A stretch of DNA of 64,000 nucleotides from Prochlorococcus sp. AG-335-I21 (GTDB taxonomy: Bacteria > Cyanobacteriota > Cyanobacteriia > PCC-6307 > Cyanobiaceae), in contig QBZO01000001.1 in the NCBI GenBank assembly GCA_003282225.1, forward strand, positions 2,754-66,753, read 5' to 3'. The notes under the pieces are model-generated. The model saw only the letters and a list, made by a program, of their open reading frames with translations, did not search any database and was not told where the DNA came from. The stretch's first letter is position 1, and every line of letters begins with the position of its first letter. Positions 53,762 to 62,995 of this stretch are shown piece by piece. Both the position numbers and the translations under genes were made by a program.

Positions 53762-55078
53762 ATGAAAGATATAAAATGTCCATCATGTGGAAAAACATTC
53801 AGAATAGACCCAAGCAGCTTTGAAGAAATACTTCTTCAAATTAAAGACGAGGAATTTAACAAGCAAATAGAGGAAAGACTTAAACTCGCTGAAGAAGATA
53901 AGAAAAAAGGGATAGAAATTGCCAAACAAGAATTAAAAATAAAATTAATGGAAGACAGGCAAAAAAAAGATGCGAAAATTCAAGATCTTGAGTCTAAGTT
54001 AAATATCGCTGAAGAAAAGAAATTAAATGCACTAAATGAACTTAAAAATAAAGCAACGAACAAAATCAATTTGCTCAATAATGAAGTAATTAAATTAAAG
54101 GAGGATATTGAAAGGCAATCCGTAATTAGTGATTTATCCTCAAAGAATAAAGTAATAGAAGCTGTAAATAGTTTAGAAAAAGAAAAAACTTCATTAATAA
54201 ACTCTATTGAAAAAATGAAATTAGAACAATCCATAAATGAGAGAGAAATTGAAGAAAAATTTAAGAACAAAATTACTGAGCGTGATTTAACGATTCAAGA
54301 ACTAAGAGATATGAAATCTAAACTTTCAACAAAAATGGTTGGAGAAACATTAGAAATACATTGTGAGACGCAATTCAATCTGAATCGAGCTACTGCTTTT
54401 AAAAACTCATATTTTGAAAAAGATAATGATGTCAGATCAGGAAGCAAAGGTGACTATATTTTTAGAGAGTTTGATGATAATAAAATTGAAATCGTCTCTA
54501 TCATGTTTGAGATGAAAAACCAAAGTACTGATGGTTTTAATAAACGAAAAAATGAAGACTTCTTTAAAGAATTAGATAAAGACAGAACTCAGAAATCATG
54601 CGAATATGCAGTATTGGTTTCATTATTGGAACCAGAAAGTGAGTTATATAATTCCGGAATTGTAGATGTCTCTTATAAATATCCAAAGATGTTTGTAATA
54701 AGGCCGCAATTCTTTCTACCTATTATTTCTCTTCTTAGAAATGCTTCTTTTGAAACTTTAAAATATAAAACTCAAATAGATTTAATGAAAAGAGAGAATT
54801 ATGACATAACAAATTTTGAAAGTACTCTTGATCAATTTAAAAATGCGGTAGGGAAAAATGTTTCATTAGCGCAGGATAGATTTAATGACGCAATTTCTGA
54901 AATAGATAAATCAATAAGTCATTTACAAAAAACGAAAGAGGCGTTACTGGTATCTAAAAAACATCTTTTATCTGCTGATAGTAAATCACAAGATTTAACA
55001 GTTAAGAAGTTAACAAAAAATAATCCTACAATGCAGAAGAAATTTAATGATTTAAGAAATGACGAAGACTTAAAATAA
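53762..55078 (+). CDS. DUF2130 domain protein (coiled coil plus putative PD-(D/E)xK domain)
   Basis: IKCPSCG, long coiled coil, STKMVGETLE, GSKGDYIF, IMFEMKN, CEYAVLVS, RPQFF. Confidence 0.85.
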   Translation: MKDIKCPSCGKTFRIDPSSFEEILLQIKDEEFNKQIEERLKLAEEDKKKGIEIAKQELKIKLMEDRQKKDAKIQDLESKLNIAEEKKLNALNELKNKATNKINLLNNEVIKLKEDIERQSVISDLSSKNKVIEAVNSLEKEKTSLINSIEKMKLEQSINEREIEEKFKNKITERDLTIQELRDMKSKLSTKMVGETLEIHCETQFNLNRATAFKNSYFEKDNDVRSGSKGDYIFREFDDNKIEIVSIMFEMKNQSTDGFNKRKNEDFFKELDKDRTQKSCEYAVLVSLLEPESELYNSGIVDVSYKYPKMFVIRPQFFLPIISLLRNASFETLKYKTQIDLMKRENYDITNFESTLDQFKNAVGKNVSLAQDRFNDAISEIDKSISHLQKTKEALLVSKKHLLSADSKSQDLTVKKLTKNNPTMQKKFNDLRNDEDLK

Positions 55079-55173
55079 ATTCAATTCAACTACAGAAAGT
55101 TTATAAAAATTTCATATTTAATAATTTCTGAATTTATATGGATATAATACAAGTATTGATTTACGAATAAATA

Positions 55174-55461
55174 ATGGCTTCCAACACTCCTATTTATACT
55201 ATTGCAAAGGAACTTAATATTGATAGTAATAGAATTTTATTGGCTTGCAAATCAATAGGTATTAATGCGAAAGGAGCAACAAAACGATTAAATGAAGAAG
55301 AATTAGAAAAAGTAAAAAATTACTTTGAAACAGGTAAAAATGTTTCTGAAGAAATAGTTGAAATTAACCAAAAGAAAACTTCAATTAAAAGCAAAACAAA
55401 AAAAATTAAAAGAGAAACAAAAATAAGTTATTTCCCAAATAGACTTGTTGCGAAATCTTAA
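55174..55461 (+). CDS. Stand-alone IF-2 N-terminal domain protein
   Basis: IYTIAKELNIDSNRILLACKSIGI...LNEEE matches the IF2_N pattern. Confidence 0.78.
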   Translation: MASNTPIYTIAKELNIDSNRILLACKSIGINAKGATKRLNEEELEKVKNYFETGKNVSEEIVEINQKKTSIKSKTKKIKRETKISYFPNRLVAKS

Positions 55462-55545
55462 ATAAAACAAATTTTTTCCTTATTTTAAGTATCTAAAACC
55501 ACAGAAGAAATATCTAATAAATTAACATGAGTAAAAATACTTAAA

Positions 55546-55959
55546 ATGAAAATCACTGAGGCCTTAAAATCTCTCGAAAATTCTTGGTCAAGAGAAGAGA
55601 TCTTAACAAAAATAAAGAATGGTGAAAATTCTGAAAAAATAGTAAATGACTTTTTCTCTTCAAAACAACAAGAAATTGAAATACTAACTAATTTTATTAA
55701 TCCAGACGACAAAGTCCTATTAAGTGAAATAGAAGATTTATCAAATATAGAGTCAAAACTAATAAATAAAATTAAAAATTACAGTTTAAAGAAAGTCGAT
55801 TCATCAAAAAAAGAAATTGTTCAAAAACATATTCCACAATCTGAAAAAAAAATACCATTTGATTTAAGGGTCTTCATGATCAAATGGAGTAATAAATTTG
55901 TTTTTATTTCTCTTCTAGCTATTTCAGCGATAGCATTAACTAAACAAGCGTGGGCATAA
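55546..55959 (+). CDS. Hypothetical protein with C-terminal hydrophobic anchor
   Basis: 137-aa ORF ending FVFISLLAISAIALTKQAWA. Confidence 0.75.
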   Translation: MKITEALKSLENSWSREEILTKIKNGENSEKIVNDFFSSKQQEIEILTNFINPDDKVLLSEIEDLSNIESKLINKIKNYSLKKVDSSKKEIVQKHIPQSEKKIPFDLRVFMIKWSNKFVFISLLAISAIALTKQAWA

Positions 55960-55995
55960 TTCGCTAAATTAACACTATTTAGATAAATTAAATTC

Positions 55996-56988
55996 TTGAA
56001 AGAGGATAGTTCTTATTTAATTAAATACACAAGTAGCGGTCTTTATTGTGAACTGGCAGATGCTTGGATAGATCCAATTAAACCAGTAAAAAGAGCACTA
56101 ATTAGTCATGCCCATATGGATCATTTCACCTTTGGATGCGATGAATATATATCGACCTATGAAACTGCTGTAATTATAAAAGAAAGAATAGGAAAAGAAA
56201 TCAATATTAAAACTTACGATTATGAAAAAGAATTTAAAATTAACGGTATCAAAATTTCCTTTCATCCTTCAGGTCATATTCTCGGGTCAAGTCAAATCAA
56301 ATTTAGTTTCGCTGAAGAGATATGGTTAATCACTGGTGATTATAAACGTCAAAAAGATGAAACTTGCAAAGAATATGAAATAGTAAAAACTGATTATTTG
56401 ATAAGTGAATCAACTTTTGGCTTACCAATTTTTAAGTGGGATGAACCTCAAAAGACGGCAACTGATATTTCAAAATGGGTGAACTCATCCCAAGAAAAAA
56501 CATCTATCTTATTTTGCTATTCACTTGGAAAAGCACAAAGAATATTGAATGAAATTAGTAAAACAAATTTTATAAAAAATATTTATACACACAGCAGTAT
56601 TTATAGGATGAATAACTGTTATAAAAAATTAGGAATTGATATTATTGAAACAAATAAATTAGAACAAACTAAAAATAATTCGGATCTTAAAGGAAGTCTA
56701 ATAATACTTCCACCCGCCTTAAATAAAAATTCTTCTCTAAAAAATTTCAAAGATAGACAAACTGGATTTGCAAGTGGTTGGATGTCAATTAGAGCACTCA
56801 GAAAAAGGTCTGGATATGATAAGGGTTTTTCTATCTCAGACCATGCTGATTGGATAGCTATTTTAAGGACAATAAAAGAATCTAAAGCTAAAAATGTTTT
56901 TTTTCATCATGGAGATAGTGAAGCTTTAAATAAATATTTAAAAGAAAAAAATTCGATAAATGTTCTTCAATTTGAATATAAAAAATGA
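55996..56988 (+). CDS. Ligase-associated DNA damage response exonuclease (MBL fold)
   Basis: SHAHMDH, SGHILGS, TGDYK, ESTFGLP, ASGWM, SDHAD. Confidence 0.92.
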   Translation: MKEDSSYLIKYTSSGLYCELADAWIDPIKPVKRALISHAHMDHFTFGCDEYISTYETAVIIKERIGKEINIKTYDYEKEFKINGIKISFHPSGHILGSSQIKFSFAEEIWLITGDYKRQKDETCKEYEIVKTDYLISESTFGLPIFKWDEPQKTATDISKWVNSSQEKTSILFCYSLGKAQRILNEISKTNFIKNIYTHSSIYRMNNCYKKLGIDIIETNKLEQTKNNSDLKGSLIILPPALNKNSSLKNFKDRQTGFASGWMSIRALRKRSGYDKGFSISDHADWIAILRTIKESKAKNVFFHHGDSEALNKYLKEKNSINVLQFEYKK

Positions 56989-58622
56989 GCCTAAAAAAGT
57001 TTTCAGAATTATTTATAGATTTAGATTCTTGTAATAGCACAAATAAAAAGATTGGAATTTTACAAAACTATTTTTCTTCAAATGAGGCTTTAGAAAACTC
57101 ATGGACAATATATTTACTTACAGGGAAAAAAAATAAGCGATTTGTAAGTGGAAGATCCCTTAAAACTTTATTTTCAGAAATTTATGAATATCCTTTGTGG
57201 TTAATAGATTCTTGTTATTTAAAAGTTGGAGATTCTGCAGAAGTTATATCCCTATTATTAAGGAATATGATCACTGGAAAGAATATAAAATATCAAGATG
57301 TTTCTTTGGATGAATTATTAAACAAATCTTTTCCAGAGTTATCTATTCTTAAAGAAGATTATAAGAAGTTAAGAGTAAAAGAAATTTGGGAAAACAATCC
57401 AATAGAAAATCTTCTAGTTATTAATAAAATCTTAACTGGTACTTTTAGAGTTGGAGTCTCTATAGGCTTGATAACAAAATCAATAGCAAAGCTAATTAAT
57501 CTAGATGAAGCAATAATTTCTCATAGATTAATGGGTGATTTTATTCCCTCTGAAGAATCATATAAATTATTAATAGATAAAAAAATAAATCCTTCAGAAT
57601 TAAATTACAAACCTTACCCCTTTCTTCTAGCTAATACTTTTGAAAAGAAAATAATAGATAAATCAATTAACGATTTTCAGTTTGAATGGAAATGGGATGG
57701 AATCAGAATTCAACTAATAAAAAGGTTGGGAAAAGTTTCAATATGGACAAGAGGTCAGGATTTAGTAAATAAATCTTTCCCTGAATTAGTAGAAAAAATC
57801 TCATCTATCAAAGATGACTTTGTAATAGATGGTGAATTATTAGTTTGGGATTTTAAGCAAAGTCTTCCTCTTAATTTCTCTTTGCTTCAAAAAAGAATTA
57901 ATAGAAAGGCGCCATCAAGATCAATACAAAAAAGTTTACCTATTATATTTATAGCCTATGATCTTTTAGAAATAAATGGAGAAGATCAAAGAGACTCAAA
58001 TTTAGAAATTAGAAGAAACAGTTTAGAGAAACATTTATATAATTGGTTAAATGAAAGTAAAGAAGAATTATCTAATATTTTTAAAATAAGTGATTTAATA
58101 TATCCAAAAAATTGGGAAGAGGTAGAAACTTTTAAAAACAATTCTAGAGATAAAGGAACAGAGGGATTAGTTATTAAAAATAAAAAATCAATCTACACCC
58201 CAGGCAGAAAGAAAGGTCTTTGGTGGAAATATAAAGTTGATCCAATGCAACTTGATGCAGTCCTCATTTATGCCAAAGGAGGGAGTGGGATAAGAGCAGG
58301 TTTATATACTGACTATAGTTTTGCTCTTTGGAAAGATGGAGAATTAATCAAATTTGCTAGTGCCTATTCTGGATTAAACAACTCTGAAATTAAAGAGTTA
58401 GATAGATGGATTAGACAAAATACTATTGATAGATTTGGACCTGTTAGATCAGTAAGACCAGAAATGGTCTTCGAAATTTCTTTCGAAAATATTCAAATTT
58501 CAAAACGTCATAAATCAGGAATCGCTGTAAGATTTCCAAGAATAACTAAATGGAGGAAAGATAAGCTGATTAAAGATGCTGATACCTTGGAAAACGCTCA
58601 GAAATTAATGCTAAATAAATAA
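56985..58622 (+). CDS. ATP-dependent DNA ligase
   Basis: EWKWDGIR adenylation motif, DGELL, EGLVIK, WWKYK, AVRFPR. Confidence 0.95.
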   Translation: MSLKKFSELFIDLDSCNSTNKKIGILQNYFSSNEALENSWTIYLLTGKKNKRFVSGRSLKTLFSEIYEYPLWLIDSCYLKVGDSAEVISLLLRNMITGKNIKYQDVSLDELLNKSFPELSILKEDYKKLRVKEIWENNPIENLLVINKILTGTFRVGVSIGLITKSIAKLINLDEAIISHRLMGDFIPSEESYKLLIDKKINPSELNYKPYPFLLANTFEKKIIDKSINDFQFEWKWDGIRIQLIKRLGKVSIWTRGQDLVNKSFPELVEKISSIKDDFVIDGELLVWDFKQSLPLNFSLLQKRINRKAPSRSIQKSLPIIFIAYDLLEINGEDQRDSNLEIRRNSLEKHLYNWLNESKEELSNIFKISDLIYPKNWEEVETFKNNSRDKGTEGLVIKNKKSIYTPGRKKGLWWKYKVDPMQLDAVLIYAKGGSGIRAGLYTDYSFALWKDGELIKFASAYSGLNNSEIKELDRWIRQNTIDRFGPVRSVRPEMVFEISFENIQISKRHKSGIAVRFPRITKWRKDKLIKDADTLENAQKLMLNK

Positions 58623-61099
58623 TGGAAAGCTTTATAAATAAAAATGAAATTAAGAATATAGAAAAATTTTTTTATAAAAATGGTTGGGAACCTCTGCCAT
58701 ATCAAATTGAATCATGGAAAGCATATTTGAATGGAGAAAATGGAATCATTCAGGTTCCTACAGGATGTGGTAAAACTTATGCAGCTTTAATGGGACCTCT
58801 TTCGAAATTAAAAGATTCCACAAAACCGAATGGATTAAGCATTTTACTTATAACTCCATTAAAAGCATTAAGTAGAGATTTAAAAAATGCAGTATATTTA
58901 GCCGCTCAATTTTTTAATCAAGAAATAACAGTTGGAATCAGAAATGGTGATACAAGCCCATATGAAAAGAAGAAACAAATACTTAAACCTCCAAATATTC
59001 TAATAACGACTCCAGAATCACTTTCTCTCCTCATATCTAATAAAGAATCTAAAAAAATATTTAGTAATATATTTTCAATAATTATTGATGAGTGGCACGA
59101 GTTAATGGGTAGTAAAAGAGGTAATCAATGTGAATTATCACTAAGTTGGCTGAGAGGAAATAAAAAAGATTTACAAATTTGGGGGATGTCTGCCACTATC
59201 GGTAATATTACAGAAGCAGCAAGAGCTATTGCCGGAATAAAAGAGGAACTACCAACAGTAATAAGTACTAATATTCAAAAAGAAATTGAAATACTTAGTG
59301 TTTTACCTGAAGAAGAAACGACCTTTCCATGGAGTGGACATTTAGGCATTAGGAGTTATTCTTTACTTCTCAAAGTATTAGATAAAAACAAAAGTACATT
59401 ACTATTCACTAACACTAGGAATCAGTCTGAGAGATGGTATCAATGCTTAAGATTCTGTCTACCAGAGATGGAAGATAAGATTTCTTTACATCATGGGTCA
59501 TTGGATAAAGATGAGAGAAAGATAGTTGAGGATGGGGTTAAAAACGGATCTATAAAATGGGTTGTTTGTACAAGCTCATTAGATTTAGGGATTGACTTTC
59601 AACCTGTTGATCAAATTGTACAAATAGGAAGTGCTAAGAACTTAGCTCGACTTATTCAAAGGGCAGGGAGAAGTGCTCATAGACCTGGAGGAAAGTCAAA
59701 AATAATTTTTATGCCCACTAACTCATTAGAATTACTTGAAATTAGTGCCATGAGGAGAATAATAAAAAGTGGGGTATCTGAAAAAATTAAACTTCCTGAA
59801 TTATCATTTGATGTACTTCTTCAACATCTGGTCAGTTTAGCTTGTGGACCAGGTTTTAATCCCATTACTGAAAAAGAAAGAATTAAAGATTGCTGGAGTT
59901 ATAGAAATCTAAATGATAAAGAGTGGGATTGGTGTATTGATTTTTTGGAGTATGGAGGAAAGTGTTTGAAAGCTTATCCAAAATATAAAAAATTAGTAAG
60001 AGAAAAATCAAAAGTGGATGAACCTAACTTCAAATATTTTGTAAAAGATAAATCTTTAATAAGGATGCATAAGTTTAATATTGGAACAATAACAAGCGAT
60101 AAATTTATTAATGTAAAATATTTAAAAGGAAAATCATTAGGCAATTTAGAAGAAAACTTTGCTAGTAAATTAAAATCAGGTGATACCTTTTACTTCGCCG
60201 GCAAAATGCTCCAGTTTATAAAATTTAGAGACATGACTTTATATGTAAAAAAATCTTCCAAAAAAAGTTCTTTAATTCCAGCATGGGTTGGAGGTCAAAT
60301 GGCTTTTTCTGATCTTTTAAGTGATAATTTAAGAAGCGAAATAGATATTTGCAATAACTTAGAAAATGATGATCAGTATATGAATAAAGAATTAAACTCA
60401 TTGCTTCCAATTTTAAAAAAACAGAAAGATCTTTCAGATATACCTAAAAAGAATCAACTACTTATTGAAATCTATAAAACTAAAGAATTAACTAGTCTTT
60501 TTGTTTTTACGCTTGATGGAAAATTTGTTAATGAAGGAATTGCCTTTCTTTGGGCATTAAGATTTGCTAATAAAAAGGAATCTACATTTAGTATTTCTGC
60601 AAATGATTTTGGTTTTAGCTTAACCACTTCAGAAAATTATGACTTTTCTATTATTGAAAAAGAATTTTCATATTTTATAGAAAATAGAAACTTGGAAGAA
60701 GATTTAGAAAATGCAATAAATTTTTCAGAATTAACAAAGAGAAGATTTAAAAACATTGCGCAAATTAGTGGATTAGTAAATCAAAATAATCCAACCAAAA
60801 CAAAAAGTTCATCACAACTTCAAATAAGTTCAAGTCTTTTTTATGATGTTTTTACTAGATATGAAAAAGGTCATCTGCTAATCAAACAAGCACATGAAGA
60901 AGTAAAAGAGTACCAATTAGAAAATAAACGAATTTCTAATTCCTTAGAGAGATTATCTAATTTAAAAATACTATTAAACGAGACTAAAACTCCAAGTCCA
61001 TTTGCTTTTCCTTTATTAGTTGAAAGACTTAAAAACACATTAAGCAATGAATCTATAGAAATAAGAGTTGAAAAACTTATAAAAAAATATAATAGTTAA
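58622..61099 (+). CDS. Ligase-associated Lhr-like DEXH helicase
   Basis: PTGCGKT, TPLKAL, TTPES, DEWH, SAT, HHGSL, QRAGRSAH. Confidence 0.94.
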   Translation: MESFINKNEIKNIEKFFYKNGWEPLPYQIESWKAYLNGENGIIQVPTGCGKTYAALMGPLSKLKDSTKPNGLSILLITPLKALSRDLKNAVYLAAQFFNQEITVGIRNGDTSPYEKKKQILKPPNILITTPESLSLLISNKESKKIFSNIFSIIIDEWHELMGSKRGNQCELSLSWLRGNKKDLQIWGMSATIGNITEAARAIAGIKEELPTVISTNIQKEIEILSVLPEEETTFPWSGHLGIRSYSLLLKVLDKNKSTLLFTNTRNQSERWYQCLRFCLPEMEDKISLHHGSLDKDERKIVEDGVKNGSIKWVVCTSSLDLGIDFQPVDQIVQIGSAKNLARLIQRAGRSAHRPGGKSKIIFMPTNSLELLEISAMRRIIKSGVSEKIKLPELSFDVLLQHLVSLACGPGFNPITEKERIKDCWSYRNLNDKEWDWCIDFLEYGGKCLKAYPKYKKLVREKSKVDEPNFKYFVKDKSLIRMHKFNIGTITSDKFINVKYLKGKSLGNLEENFASKLKSGDTFYFAGKMLQFIKFRDMTLYVKKSSKKSSLIPAWVGGQMAFSDLLSDNLRSEIDICNNLENDDQYMNKELNSLLPILKKQKDLSDIPKKNQLLIEIYKTKELTSLFVFTLDGKFVNEGIAFLWALRFANKKESTFSISANDFGFSLTTSENYDFSIIEKEFSYFIENRNLEEDLENAINFSELTKRRFKNIAQISGLVNQNNPTKTKSSSQLQISSSLFYDVFTRYEKGHLLIKQAHEEVKEYQLENKRISNSLERLSNLKILLNETKTPSPFAFPLLVERLKNTLSNESIEIRVEKLIKKYNS

Positions 61100-61744
61100 A
61101 TGCAAAAAAAGTCTTTTTCAATAAGTTGGGGGAATTCATCACTAGAGATGCTCCCTTCAAAAGCATTACTTTTGCCTCATACAAATGAACTATTAATATG
61201 CGACATTCATCTTGGTAAAGCAGAATATTTTCAACAGAATGGGATTCCTCTTACCAATAATTCGGATGAACATAACTTATTAAGCATTAAAAATATTGTA
61301 AAAAACCATAACCCTAATAAATTAATTATTTTAGGAGATTTATTTCATAGTAGATATTCAATAAGTGAATCTTTAAAAAGAAAAGTAGAAAATCTATCAG
61401 AGTCATTAAATATTAAAATTGAACTAATAGTTGGCAATCATGATATCGGTTGCAAAGTCAAAAATATAAGCTTTCTTGAATATAAAAGATCTAGTAATTT
61501 TATATTTAGTCACGAGCCAATAGGAAAATTTGAAAATAACATTTTAAATATTTGCGGACACTATCATCCAAAAATATCTTTAAAAAATTCAAAAGATAAA
61601 TTATCCTTTAAATGTTTTGCCATGGATGAAATAAATAACACATTATATCTTCCAGCATTTGGTGACCTAACGGGGGGTTATCCCTGTAAGAATTCGTTTA
61701 GAAAATGGGCAATAATTTCTGACAAAGAAATTATTGAAGTATGA
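61100..61744 (+). CDS. pdeM: Ligase-associated metallophosphoesterase/endonuclease PdeM
   Basis: DIHLGK, GDLFH, GNHD, HEP, GHYHP, LPAFG. Confidence 0.9.
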   Translation: MQKKSFSISWGNSSLEMLPSKALLLPHTNELLICDIHLGKAEYFQQNGIPLTNNSDEHNLLSIKNIVKNHNPNKLIILGDLFHSRYSISESLKRKVENLSESLNIKIELIVGNHDIGCKVKNISFLEYKRSSNFIFSHEPIGKFENNILNICGHYHPKISLKNSKDKLSFKCFAMDEINNTLYLPAFGDLTGGYPCKNSFRKWAIISDKEIIEV

Positions 61745-61961
61745 TTTATACAAAATTATTAAAAATAATAATTAAATTCCTCTTTTGGGCGTACTAATTT
61801 ATACATGAAAATCGCATTATTATTTCTCATTTAATAGGTTAAATTTAAAAATTTAAATAGTTAATGATAAAAATAAGCTCTCAAGAAAAGAATATAAAAA
61901 TTTTTACCCTTTCCTTAACTTGATAATTACGTTATAAAAAAAATAAACTTAACTTTTAATA

Positions 61962-62270
61962 ATGAAAAAATTAATAACTATTCTTATATTTCAAGTTCTG
62001 TTAGTGCCCTTGGGACTAAATGCTAATGAAAACTTTTCTGTAGAGATCGAAGCCCTTACATTAGTAATGGAGCAATATGAAAAAGATATTAATCTTGAAC
62101 CCGAAACTGAGATAGAACTAGAGAATAAAAAGCCCAGCTATATGGCTCTTAAACAAGATGAATGCAACGCTACTGTAAAAGTCACTGAGAAAACAGGCTT
62201 AGAAATTGTTGGAACTGAATCTTTTGATGTAAATGTTTGTAAGAAGGAAATTAACAAGGTAATAAATTAA
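61962..62270 (+). CDS. Exported acidic hypothetical protein
   Basis: Signal peptide ending LNA, two Cys. Confidence 0.78.
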   Translation: MKKLITILIFQVLLVPLGLNANENFSVEIEALTLVMEQYEKDINLEPETEIELENKKPSYMALKQDECNATVKVTEKTGLEIVGTESFDVNVCKKEINKVIN

Positions 62271-62307
62271 TTCCTTAAATATTGAGTTAAAGTTTTTAAG
62301 TAGTTTC

Positions 62308-62346
62308 AAATAAAAGAGGTCTTTTACTTAAAGAAGGTAAGACCTC
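62308..62346 (-). terminator. Intrinsic terminator on the minus strand
   Basis: GAGGTCTT/AAGACCTC 8-bp stem (62316-62346) followed on minus by TTTTATTT. Confidence 0.7.
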
Positions 62347-62397
62347 GAGACCTGACAGAAACTTTGGAACGGGTTCTGTTGATTAATTAATAACGAA
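62308..62397 (-). ncRNA. Candidate two-hairpin sRNA, boundaries approximate
   Basis: 5' hairpin ACAGAA-cccgttccaaagt-TTCTGT plus terminator hairpin; GC-rich island in a non-coding gap. Confidence 0.45.
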
Positions 62398-62405
62398 TTT
62401 AATAT

Positions 62406-62429
62406 TGTACAGATGTAATAAAAAGTACA
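62406..62429. promoter_or_regulatory. Overlapping LexA-like and NtcA-like boxes
   Basis: TGTACAGATGTAAT (62406-62419) and TGTA-ataaaaag-TACA (62414-62429). Confidence 0.45.
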
Positions 62430-62453
62430 ATTTAAATATTTCTTCTTAATCTC

Positions 62454-62603
62454 CTATTTATTTTTTTTGGATACTTTTTGCATTTCTTCTCTAGACATAA
62501 GAGCTTCTATTTGTGCTAAAACTTTATGCAGTTCTTCTGTCTTTGTTAGAGAAGCCTCAGCGACTTCTCTTAGTTTTTCCAATTGTTCTTGAGTTTTATT
62601 CAT
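62454..62603 (-). CDS. 49-aa coiled-coil microprotein
   Basis: MNKTQEQLEKLREVAEASLTKTEELHKVLAQIEALMSREEMQKVSKKNK*. Confidence 0.7.
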   Translation of the reverse strand: MNKTQEQLEKLREVAEASLTKTEELHKVLAQIEALMSREEMQKVSKKNK

Positions 62604-62642
62604 AGTTAATTAGTTAGAAATACATCACTTGAAATGATGGTT

Positions 62643-62759
62643 TTAAAACAAATTTTCACTCACACATAAACCTATCTTCACTCTGTTTTTTATAAAGTCA
62701 AATAAATCTCTATCAATTGATGTCATATGAGGACTTGGAGTTAAAACTTCATTTTTCAT
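62643..62759 (-). CDS. 38-aa microprotein
   Basis: MKNEVLTPSPHMTSIDRDLFDFIKNRVKIGLCVSENLF*. Confidence 0.55.
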   Translation of the reverse strand: MKNEVLTPSPHMTSIDRDLFDFIKNRVKIGLCVSENLF

Positions 62760-62799
62760 ACTCGCAATAAGATAAAAGCTTTAGAAAAGAGTTCAGAAT

Positions 62800-62889
62800 T
62801 TATGATGTGAATACTGGTAAGCCTATTGTAGCTGTTGTTATTAATGCACCTGCAAAGATTAAAAAAGGAAGATAAGGAAAGTTTTTCAA
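62800..62889 (-). CDS. 29-aa hydrophobic microprotein
   Basis: TTG start, MKNFPYLPFLIFAGALITTATIGLPVFTS*. Confidence 0.5.
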   Translation of the reverse strand: MKNFPYLPFLIFAGALITTATIGLPVFTS

Positions 62890-62995
62890 ATTTACTTTTG
62901 TAATTCGGTATAACTATATAGGTATTTATACTATTTGTCTAGTGCTAATTCTTTCAAATAGTTTAAATTCCTCTTTTATGGGTAAGAAATAAAAG

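Noticed and set aside
179-60410. Many ORF-track entries antisense or out of frame within real genes (e.g. 179-505, 3316-3729, 26169-26450, 26898-27209, 30770-31234, 39285-39656, 40568-40975, 46227-46793, 53980-54270)
   Set aside because: Shadow frames overlapping well-supported genes, with no motifs of their own
61791-61804. Another GTA-N8-TAC match and an overlapping 23-aa minus-strand ORF (61759-61830)
   Set aside because: About 160 nt from the next start codon; such matches and very short ORFs are expected by chance in AT-rich DNA
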